Assembly: GCA_964607485.1 (NCBI GenBank)
Contig: CAZSKP010000015.1
Coordinates: 46,198-110,197 of the forward strand
Reading direction: 5' to 3'
Source: an uncultured bacterium
GTDB taxonomy: Bacteria; Abyssobacteria; SURF-5
Length of the DNA: 64,000 nucleotides
A model generated the notes under the pieces. That model saw only the letters and a program-made list of their open reading frames with translations, searched no databases and was not told the DNA's origin. Positions 56,687-64,000 of the stretch are shown here, piece after piece. Within the stretch, counting starts at the first letter, position 1. Each line of letters starts with the position of its first letter. The position numbers were made by a program, and so were the translations under genes.

Positions 56687-58540
56687 ATGGACCACCGGGC
56701 TCATGAGTCACCCCCTTTTGCTCCCGGCGCTGAACCCACGGCCAGGCCCAAACAGGCTGAGATAATCAAGAGCAACAACGTCTTCGTTCCCGACGACCTG
56801 GCGACGTTGCTGCGTCAGGCGCTTGAACGCGTTTCCGGTCTTGGGCCAGAGTTTTCCTCGGAATCCGGGAGGCTTCGCGACCTATCTGATCGCCTTGGCG
56901 AAGGCCGGTTTCACCTGGCGGTTCTCGGCCAGTTCAAACGCGGAAAGAGCACACTGCTGAATGCGCTCCTCGGCGAGCCCATCTTGCCGACCTCCGTCAT
57001 TCCGCTCACAGCCATTCCCACATTTGTCCGCGTGGGCGAGAAGCTGAGAGTCAGAGTCCTGTACGAGAACGACAATGCCGCCGATGAATTCGCCCCGCAT
57101 ACAGGGGAAGAGGCGGCGAAGATTTTGTCGCGGTTTGTGACCGAGGCGGGCAACCCGAAGAACACGCTTGGCGTTTCCAGTGTCGAGCTGTTTCATCCGG
57201 CCGGTATCCTCCGGAAGGGCGTGGTCCTGATCGACACCCCCGGCATAGGCTCCACGTTCCGGCACAACACGGAGGCCACCCTCAATTTTCTGCCACAGTG
57301 CGATGCCGCACTGTTCCTTGTTTCTGCCGACCCTCCCGTGACTGAGGTGGAAACTGAGTTCCTCAGTCAGGTCCGCTCGAAGGTGACTCGTCTGTTTTTT
57401 ATCCTCAATAAAGTGGACTATCTGGATGGGGACGAACTCGACGCAGCTCTGCAGTTTTTCAAGAAGATTCTGAAGGAGCGGGCTGGCATCGAGGAAGAGA
57501 CCCCCATCTTCTGCGTATCCGCAAGAGTGGGGCTGAACGCGCGGGCGGCAAATGACCCTGCGACATGGGCAAAAAGCGGCCTGATGGAGGTCGAAAAACA
57601 TTTGGTTGACTTTCTTGCCCAAGAAAAAGCCGCGGTGTTGAGGAATGCGGTCTCAAGAAAGGCGTGCGATGTTGTAGAAAACGTTCTCATGAGGCTGCGC
57701 CTGGTCATCCGCTCATGGCAAATGCCTTTGGAAGACCTTCAGCAACGACTGGAGGTCTTCGGGCGGAGGCTCGCAGAGATAGCCCGTGAAAGGATGATTG
57801 CGGATGATGTTCTGAAAGGCGACCGCAGACGTATGCACGAATTCCTGCAGGAGCAGTCCGAGGAGCTTCGCAGAGAAGCAAGGGTTTACCTTGAAGGTGT
57901 CATCAAAGAGGCTTCGGCTGTGGCTGGTGAGGGTGAGGTCGTTTCGGAGACCCTGCAAGCGCGCATGGCAGGTGTCATCCCCGACTTCTTCGAGCATCAG
58001 TTGGGCGTGACATCGGAATTGTTTGAGAAGAAGGCGGCGGAGGTTCTCGGTGTCCATCAACAAAGGGCGGACTCCTTGATCGAGTCTGTCCGAAAGGCCG
58101 CTGCCGACTTATTCGATGTTCCCTATCATGCGCCCGAGAGCACAGGAGCTTTTAAGATGTACCGCGAGCCTCATTGGGTCACGCACAAGTGGTCTTCGAC
58201 GATAAACCCGATCCCTCCAGGCGCAATCGACAGGCTCTTGCCCTCGCGCGTTCGAAAGGCAAGAGTCATGAAACGGCTGCTAGATGAGATTCATGTGCTG
58301 GTAGTGAGCAACGTTGAGAACTTGCGATGGGCCACCTATCAGAGTATCGAGCAAACATTCCTTCGCTTTGGCTCCGCCCTCGACGAGCGGCTTGCTGACA
58401 CGATATCGGCCACACACGGGGCCATTCAGGCGGCGCTTGAAAAACGCAAAGCGCATTCGCAGTTTATTGCCGGCGAAAGTTCGAGATTGCAGTCATTTGT
58501 TGACGGTCTGACAAAGATAAAGGAACGCATTGAGAGATAA
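56687..58540 (+). CDS. Bacterial dynamin-like GTPase
   Basis: LAVLGQFKRGKSTLLNAL (G1), PLT (G2), LIDTPG (G3), LNKVD (G4), CVSA, long helical stalk; ATG 56687 after AAGGAG. Confidence 0.92.
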   Translation: MDHRAHESPPFAPGAEPTARPKQAEIIKSNNVFVPDDLATLLRQALERVSGLGPEFSSESGRLRDLSDRLGEGRFHLAVLGQFKRGKSTLLNALLGEPILPTSVIPLTAIPTFVRVGEKLRVRVLYENDNAADEFAPHTGEEAAKILSRFVTEAGNPKNTLGVSSVELFHPAGILRKGVVLIDTPGIGSTFRHNTEATLNFLPQCDAALFLVSADPPVTEVETEFLSQVRSKVTRLFFILNKVDYLDGDELDAALQFFKKILKERAGIEEETPIFCVSARVGLNARAANDPATWAKSGLMEVEKHLVDFLAQEKAAVLRNAVSRKACDVVENVLMRLRLVIRSWQMPLEDLQQRLEVFGRRLAEIARERMIADDVLKGDRRRMHEFLQEQSEELRREARVYLEGVIKEASAVAGEGEVVSETLQARMAGVIPDFFEHQLGVTSELFEKKAAEVLGVHQQRADSLIESVRKAAADLFDVPYHAPESTGAFKMYREPHWVTHKWSSTINPIPPGAIDRLLPSRVRKARVMKRLLDEIHVLVVSNVENLRWATYQSIEQTFLRFGSALDERLADTISATHGAIQAALEKRKAHSQFIAGESSRLQSFVDGLTKIKERIER

Positions 58541-58658
58541 TGCCTGGAATGGCCGCTCTTGTCGAGCGCTTGATGCGGCGGGATTCCGGTTTTCCAAGTA
58601 ATACTCCACCGTCCGGCGGGTTTATGATCGACCTGCCCGTCACCAAAGAACTCCTTTT

Positions 58659-59024
58659 TCAAGGAGACCCCTGTGTGCCCGAGGCGTTCTCGGAATTGTG
58701 CCGGTAGGCAATGACCCGCACTTTTTCCACGGTCACCAATCCCTCGCCAATCATTTTGTCGAGCTGCGGCAGCAATGCTTCAATCTTGTCCTCGGCATCG
58801 ACGATCTCGACGACCACGGGGAGGTCCTCGGAAAGCCGCAACACCTTCGAGGTGTGAATCCGGCTGTTGGCCCCGAAACCCAGAAAGCCCCGAAGCACTG
58901 TCGCTCCGGCCAATCCTCGTTCGCGGGCCTCTTCCACGATGACCTCATAGAGCGGCCTGCCGCCGGCCTTATCGCTCTCCCCGATGAAAACACGCAACAG
59001 AACCGCTTCCGATGGAAGCTTCAT
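58659..59024 (-). CDS. DUF190 PII-like protein
   Basis: LLRVFIGESD, GLAGATVLRGFLGFG, LSEDLPVVVEIVD, EGLVTVE; usual neighbour of crcB. Confidence 0.93.
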   Translation of the reverse strand: MKLPSEAVLLRVFIGESDKAGGRPLYEVIVEEARERGLAGATVLRGFLGFGANSRIHTSKVLRLSEDLPVVVEIVDAEDKIEALLPQLDKMIGEGLVTVEKVRVIAYRHNSENASGTQGSP

Positions 59025-59038
59025 CTGTCATCCCTCCT

Positions 59039-59416
59039 TTAAGCCATCCGGCCGAGTGCCATCCCCGCAAACAGCGCGACGAACCCGAGCCCGTTCTGCA
59101 TTGCGACGTTGGCCGCCGCGTACATCCACTCGGCTGACCGGACGAGTTCTCCGGTCTCGAGCATAAACGCCGAAAACGTCGTGAAAGCGCCAAGAAAGCC
59201 GACCAGCACGAGTGTGCGCACCTCGCCCGAAACCGGCCACCGGCTTTCGAACAGCGCCCAGAGCACCCCCGCCATGAAGCATCCCGTCAGGTTGACCCCC
59301 ACCGTTCCCCATGGGAAGGACGCGCCAAAGATCCTATGGACGAATCCGGCCAGTCCGTAACGGGTCAACGTCCCCACAGCGCCGGCGAAGGCCAGCCATG
59401 CAAGTTTCTGGATCAT
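59039..59416 (-). CDS. crcB: Fluoride channel FluC/CrcB
   Basis: GAVGTLTRY, FPWGT..VN..GC, GFLGAFTTFS..E. Confidence 0.96.
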   Translation of the reverse strand: MIQKLAWLAFAGAVGTLTRYGLAGFVHRIFGASFPWGTVGVNLTGCFMAGVLWALFESRWPVSGEVRTLVLVGFLGAFTTFSAFMLETGELVRSAEWMYAAANVAMQNGLGFVALFAGMALGRMA

Positions 59417-59463
59417 GATAGAATCCCCCTTTCTTGAATCCCACCGGGCCGTGCCACAGGCAC

Positions 59464-59489
59464 AAAAAACCCCGCTTTGCAAGCGGGTT
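59464..59489 (-). terminator. Intrinsic terminator in the crcB leader
   Basis: Minus strand AACCCGCTT-GCA-AAGCGGGG-TTTTTT between the aptamer and the start codon. Confidence 0.75.
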
Positions 59490-59533
59490 CAAGGCCGCCT
59501 GGCGACGACCCCACCGCTACCAAAGCCTGCGCG

Positions 59534-59584
59534 GCAGGAGTCATCAGCCCGACCCGGGCGGTTGGCAGGGGGACTCCATCCCCT
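59534..59584 (-). ncRNA. Fluoride (crcB) riboswitch 2, upstream of crcB
   Basis: Minus strand AGGGGATGGAGTCCCCC-TGCCAACC-GCCCG-GGT-CGGGC-TGATGACTCCTGC. Confidence 0.92.
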
Positions 59585-59595
59585 ATTTGAAAACA

Positions 59596-59624
59596 ATTAT
59601 ACCGGCAATCCTCGCTGAGGTCAA
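59596..59624 (-). promoter_or_regulatory. sigma70 promoter of the crcB-DUF190 unit
   Basis: Minus strand TTGACC-N17-TATAAT just upstream of the aptamer. Confidence 0.75.
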
Positions 59625-59647
59625 GCGGATTCTCAGAGCTCGGAACG

Positions 59648-61225
59648 CTATTCTCCTCTCCTCAGCGCTCTTCCGGGGAAGACTCCCTTGAATTCGCCGT
59701 GTTCCATTACAATCTGTCCGTTGACGATCACGTATTCGATTCCCGACGGCGACTTGCAGGGGTTCGCAAGCGAGGCCCCGGGGTCAAGGTTATCGGGGTC
59801 GAAGATCGTGATGTCGGCATAGGCCCCCTTGTTGATAATGCCCCGCCCGCGCAGCCCGAACTTCTTGGCGGGAAGCGAGGTTATCTTCTCTATCGCGGCG
59901 GGAAGCGGGAGGATGTGATTCTTGTAGACGAATTCGCTGAGGTATTGCGGAAACGCGCCGAACGTTCGCGGATGAATTATTGAATTTTTGAAGTAGAGCG
60001 GGATGCGCGTGGGAAAGGCATCGGAGGACACCATTGCGCCCGGCTGCTTGATCGCGGCCCTCTCGTTGCTCTTGCTTATGCAGTCATAATAGACGAACCT
60101 GTTCAGCCCTTCGGCCAGTGTGATGTCGAGAATGACCGATATGGGGTCGCGACCCTCCAGCTTTGCCGCGCTGTAAAGGTCCATACCTTGCAGTGGCTGA
60201 TAACGCGGCGTCTTTAGGTACGGGAACGTGACGCCGTGGTAGGAATACGGGCTGGGAAACAGCTTTCTCACATAGTCTTCTATTTCTGCGCGAGCGGTGG
60301 GCGTTCTTGCGTGTTTCTTGAATTTTCGGTCGTCCGAGGCCAGCCGGGGCGGCATGAGCACCCTCAACGGGGCGCAGCCGACGGTGTACGGAAAGCAGTC
60401 GATATGTACGTTTATCCCCCCAAGCCGCATCTTGCCGATGAGTTCCAGCGCCTGCTTCTGTTTGGGCCAGTTGATGCGGTCGAGCGTCTTGAAGTGAGAT
60501 ATCTGAAGCGACACCCCGCTCTTGTTGGCCACCGCTATTGCCTCGGACAAGGTGTCCAGAATTTTGTCTCCCTCGTCGCGGAGGTGCACCGACAGGACGC
60601 CGTCCCTTTTCGCCGCCACCATGGAGAGTTCGGCCAGTGTTTCCAGAAACGGGGTCGCCTCGAGCGGCCGCGCCGAGATTCCTGTCGATAATCCGAATGC
60701 ACCCTCTTCCAGCGACTTGGCGAGGAGGCGCTTCATTTTCTTGAGGTCGGCACGCTCGGGAGACGAAGCTCCCCCTCCGGCGGCCTTTCCGCCGAGCGAG
60801 TCGTGACCTATGAGGCTCCCGAAATTGATGGCTATCCCGCATTTTTCGAGAGCATCCAGAAACCGGTCGAATGATTTCCACGCAAATTCGGCTTCTTTGC
60901 CGGGGATGTAAAACGCGTGCGACTCGTTCCAGGGGTAGGCCGAACTGCCGCAGTTTCCGCCGATTTCGGTCGTAACTCCCTGCATTACCTTGTTTTTCAT
61001 GGCGGGGTCGAGAAGGAAGAAATGGTCCGCATGCGAATGGACATCAATGAAGCCCGGAGCGACGCAGAGGCCGTTCGCGTCGATCACTCTTTTCCCTTGA
61101 AGACGAGCCCGACCAATACAAACAGAATCGATTTTGTCTCCACGTATCCCGACTGCTCCCCTGTAAAGAGAGGGCGACATCCCATCCACGATCCATCCGT
61201 TCTCAATCACCATATCCGGCTTCAT
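59648..61225 (-). CDS. N-acyl-D-amino-acid deacylase-like amidohydrolase
   Basis: APGFIDVHSHAD, QGVTTEIGGNCG, VHLRDE, QISHFK, HPRTFGAFP, ADITIFDP. Confidence 0.92.
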   Translation of the reverse strand: MKPDMVIENGWIVDGMSPSLYRGAVGIRGDKIDSVCIGRARLQGKRVIDANGLCVAPGFIDVHSHADHFFLLDPAMKNKVMQGVTTEIGGNCGSSAYPWNESHAFYIPGKEAEFAWKSFDRFLDALEKCGIAINFGSLIGHDSLGGKAAGGGASSPERADLKKMKRLLAKSLEEGAFGLSTGISARPLEATPFLETLAELSMVAAKRDGVLSVHLRDEGDKILDTLSEAIAVANKSGVSLQISHFKTLDRINWPKQKQALELIGKMRLGGINVHIDCFPYTVGCAPLRVLMPPRLASDDRKFKKHARTPTARAEIEDYVRKLFPSPYSYHGVTFPYLKTPRYQPLQGMDLYSAAKLEGRDPISVILDITLAEGLNRFVYYDCISKSNERAAIKQPGAMVSSDAFPTRIPLYFKNSIIHPRTFGAFPQYLSEFVYKNHILPLPAAIEKITSLPAKKFGLRGRGIINKGAYADITIFDPDNLDPGASLANPCKSPSGIEYVIVNGQIVMEHGEFKGVFPGRALRRGE

Positions 61226-61537
61226 TCCTTCACCTCCCGGGAAAATTGACCCTCATCACATGTTCCAACACCGAACAGACCTCCTGCCTTCACTAATGAA
61301 GTCGTTTGCGGGGCCGAATTTCTTCCCTTCCGGCGCGGACTGTGTTAGCCTGAGAAGGCACTGGGGGCAAAAAAGCCGGTCGGACGGGGGATAATCGGTT
61401 AGGGAATAGTGTTTTTTGAAGGGGCCTTTTGAGGGCAGGATGGTTGCCGGACAGCGGGGAACCGTGCAGGTGTTCGTAAGGGCAGGCCGCTGTGCCTGCT
61501 CTGCGAGTTTCCTATATCCACATCTTGTGTTTCACGC

Positions 61538-61564
61538 TAAAGTTTTCGCTATATCTGCCGAAAA
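61538..61564 (+). promoter_or_regulatory. sigma28 (FliA)-like promoter
   Basis: TAAA-N15-GCCGAAAA, one mismatch to TAAA-N15-GCCGATAA. Confidence 0.65.
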
Positions 61565-61618
61565 TTATAGTAGCGTACAGGGAGGCAGCTTCGGGCAGTC
61601 GAACAATATGGAGGCAAA

Positions 61619-62374
61619 ATGATCGACCTCGCAAGTATGATAGGCAATATCCCCCAGGGCCTTGGACCTTTCCAAAACTCGCTGGCGAATCTGGCGCCGT
61701 TGGCCGAACATCAGGCTGCCCAGGCTCCAGCCGATTCGGTAGAGCTGAGCTCGTCCCTCAAGGATGGTCAGAGCTTCACCGTAGAGATACTTATGGTTCA
61801 GGTGAGCATGCAGGTCTCTTCCCGGGTAGGGGCAACCGACTCGGTCCAGCAGGCATACTCCTCCCCGCTCGACCTGTCCCCCGATGCCACGGCGAACCGA
61901 ATATTTCAGTTCTCGATGGGAATGTTTGGCATATATCAGGCGCAGCACCCCGACGAGCCTTCCGACGTCGCGCTCGCCAACTTCGAGGAACTGGTGCGCG
62001 GCGCCATAGACGAAGGCTTCGACGATGCGCTCCAGATACTCGACAAGTTGGGAAAACTCGATGAGGCGACGAACGAGTTCGTGAACAATACCCGCTCGAT
62101 TCTCGGAAGACTTCTCGACGCATTCTTCAGCCCTGAAGAAGGCGACTTATCCGGGGACTCTCCGTCGTCGGATAATCCCGCCGGGGTCTCCGAGGCGTTT
62201 TTCCAGCTCGAATATCAGTATTTTTCTCTCCAGGCATCATCCATCCAGAAGGGAACGGACGGGCTTTCCACGCATCAGTCCGAAGCTTCTGTAAACGTGC
62301 AGGCCGAGACACTCAGCATTTCGGCAGCCTACCGGCAGGGAGTGCAAGAGCCGGTCCTCCAGATCGTCGCATAG
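61619..62374 (+). CDS. DUF5610-like hypothetical protein
   Basis: LSPDATANRIFQFS..F..Y...HP...F...RGAIDEGFDDA..IL pattern recalled for DUF5610; GGAGG SD. Confidence 0.65.
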   Translation: MIDLASMIGNIPQGLGPFQNSLANLAPLAEHQAAQAPADSVELSSSLKDGQSFTVEILMVQVSMQVSSRVGATDSVQQAYSSPLDLSPDATANRIFQFSMGMFGIYQAQHPDEPSDVALANFEELVRGAIDEGFDDALQILDKLGKLDEATNEFVNNTRSILGRLLDAFFSPEEGDLSGDSPSSDNPAGVSEAFFQLEYQYFSLQASSIQKGTDGLSTHQSEASVNVQAETLSISAAYRQGVQEPVLQIVA

Positions 62375-62673
62375 GGACAGTGCCGACGCTTCAGACGCGA
62401 GCCCGTTTTTTCCGCGTTCGCTCGATGCCCAAATTTGTACGCGGTCCCGGCCCGATGGCGCTGTCACCGGAGCCCTGTTGATCTTCCAAAGATATATCTC
62501 TATTGCTCCCGCTTCAGCGTTCTCAAATCCTCCCGAGCGGGCCTGATTTCGTAAGTCGTTTGTTTTCAAATTATTATCACAACACGAAGGCGCCGGCTTT
62601 CCAGACACGACGGTGCTCTCTCCGCGCACACCCGCTTCCTTACCGGGCCGCAGGCGGGTTTGATGCAGGCTCT

Positions 62674-62689
62674 TGGTACGAATATTGCT
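62674..62689 (+). promoter_or_regulatory. sigma54-like -24/-12 promoter
   Basis: TGGTACGAATATTGCT (GG-N10-GC), with an AT-rich IHF-like tract at about 62552-62580. Confidence 0.6.
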
Positions 62690-62748
62690 TTTTCGCGCGA
62701 AGGTATTGTCTTGTATTCCAAAACCACCAATGCCGGGAGGTGACGCGA

Positions 62749-63852
62749 GTGTCCTTTATCGATGAACACAGTGGACGTCAGCAAGAGGTTGATTTCTTGG
62801 ATAACCTGAAGGAAGACCTGGGCGTCCTTGAAAACTCGTGGAACAAGAAAAAGCTGAGCAGAAAGAAGGTAGTCAAGCATTTTATTGGGATCGTGGATTC
62901 CATCCTTGAAATTGCGCAGTCCGAATCGTTCGAGCCGTTCGAACCTGTCTGCGCCCATATCAGGGAATTCCTGATGTCGGTCGCAGGCGGAAAGGCCGAG
63001 CTGGAGCAGAGCTTCTGGAGCATGACGCTGGAACTGATGGACATTCTCAGGGACTCACTTCGCGACGGAGCCGTCGCGCTTGCCGATTTGGAAGAATGGA
63101 GATCGGGCTGGTGGGCGGATGCACCGCCTCAAGGCTCTCAGCAGGAGGACCCCACCGGCGATTTCGACCTCCGGGAGTCACCACTCCAGGAGTCACCACC
63201 GGAGGAAGTGGACGATAACGTGGAAGCGCTTGGCCGGGAGGAAGACGAAATGGGCGAAACTTCACAAATGGACGCAAAAGAACTGCTTCAAAAGGCGCAG
63301 GAAGCTTTATCGTCTGGAAACGGCGATAACGCCAAGGAACTCGCGCTGAAAGCGGCCGAACTGATTGCAAAGCTGGAAGCCGAGGAAGCCCAAAAGAGGG
63401 AAAAGGGACTGAGAGACGACCTCGAAATGGCGGCGCATGTGGAAGTTGAGGCTGAAGAAACGCTGAAGCACCTCGTGGAGGAATTGGACGAACGAGAACG
63501 GGAACTCACCCCCATGCGCAACCGTCTCGCGGACGCTCAGGCATCGTTCGAAACCCAGCAGCGCGCATGCCACCAACTGAAGACCCAGATAGACGAAACC
63601 GAAGCTGAGCTGCAATCGCTCGAGGAGAAACACAAGCGCCTGCTCGACGAGTTCCACGAAGCCATGCCGGCACGCGACGCGGCCGAGCGCGAATGCTCGA
63701 AGCTCGAAACGGAAATGGAGAGGCTGGCTCCGGAAGTCGAGACCATAAGCGACAGCGTCAACGCCGCCGAGACTCAGCTGGCAAAGGCCCGGAAAAAAAG
63801 AGAAGAAATAGAAGCGGAACTGGAAAAGCTCACCCAGAAAACTGCGGTATAA
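62749..63852 (+). CDS. Hypothetical protein: HPt/CheA-P1-like helical N-domain, acidic linker, long coiled coil
   Basis: GTG start after GGAGGTG; four-helix pattern FL....E.L..LE; long heptad-rich acidic C-terminal half. Confidence 0.7.
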   Translation: MSFIDEHSGRQQEVDFLDNLKEDLGVLENSWNKKKLSRKKVVKHFIGIVDSILEIAQSESFEPFEPVCAHIREFLMSVAGGKAELEQSFWSMTLELMDILRDSLRDGAVALADLEEWRSGWWADAPPQGSQQEDPTGDFDLRESPLQESPPEEVDDNVEALGREEDEMGETSQMDAKELLQKAQEALSSGNGDNAKELALKAAELIAKLEAEEAQKREKGLRDDLEMAAHVEVEAEETLKHLVEELDERERELTPMRNRLADAQASFETQQRACHQLKTQIDETEAELQSLEEKHKRLLDEFHEAMPARDAAERECSKLETEMERLAPEVETISDSVNAAETQLAKARKKREEIEAELEKLTQKTAV

Positions 63853-64000
63853 GACGGCTCATCCGTGCAGATTCCCGCTTTTCCACACGAGGGGGGAGAA
63901 TACCCCCGACGGAAGGAGCCGGTCGCTGTCGCCATATGACCTTTCCATATAGACGCCTGCCGTCGGTCGGTTCGGCAGCCTCATTCATAGAGATACCATC

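Noticed and set aside
61226-61530. Possible structured RNA in the long intergenic region
   Set aside because: No riboswitch, tRNA or other ncRNA consensus that I can recognise.

Overview
GC-rich bacterial chromosome segment with about 45 credible genes and no rRNA, tRNA, CRISPR array, transposase or integrase that I can see. Left end (minus strand): housekeeping run gap-pgk-rpsO (with S15 leader)-pnp-M16 peptidase-dut-ftsK-rimO. It is followed by a tightly packed five-gene operon (11.9-18.8 kb) encoding an apparently catalytically dead Ser/Thr kinase-ClpN-AAA+ fusion, an FHA protein, two B-box/TM proteins (beta-propeller or TPR C-terminal domain) and a rhomboid-TPR protease. The middle holds cstA, a FadR-like TetR regulator with two operator boxes plus an MMPL/RND transporter, a TMTC-like glycosyltransferase, DUF362, a ferritin-like protein, a nitrilase and a REC-PAS-GGDEF protein. 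At 32.3-36.3 kb a Type IIG restriction-modification fusion and a GxxExxY nuclease-family gene sit among 9-mer-repeat hairpins, with nested direct repeats and a duplicated remnant of the R-M C-terminus. Further right are a VWA-TM-FHA protein, acyl-CoA ligase, pncB, DUF72, M50-CBS protease, MFS, a sugar ABC system, DAACS, a fused spermidine-synthase-like protein, EamA, an ArsB/NhaD-like permease and MarC. Two convergent fluoride-riboswitch units follow, one ahead of fluC-DUF190 and one, unexpectedly, ahead of a dynamin-like GTPase. The window ends with an amidohydrolase, a DUF5610-like gene behind a sigma28-like promoter and an HPt-like/coiled-coil gene behind a sigma54-like promoter. All calls come from reading motifs by eye; no database searches were run.
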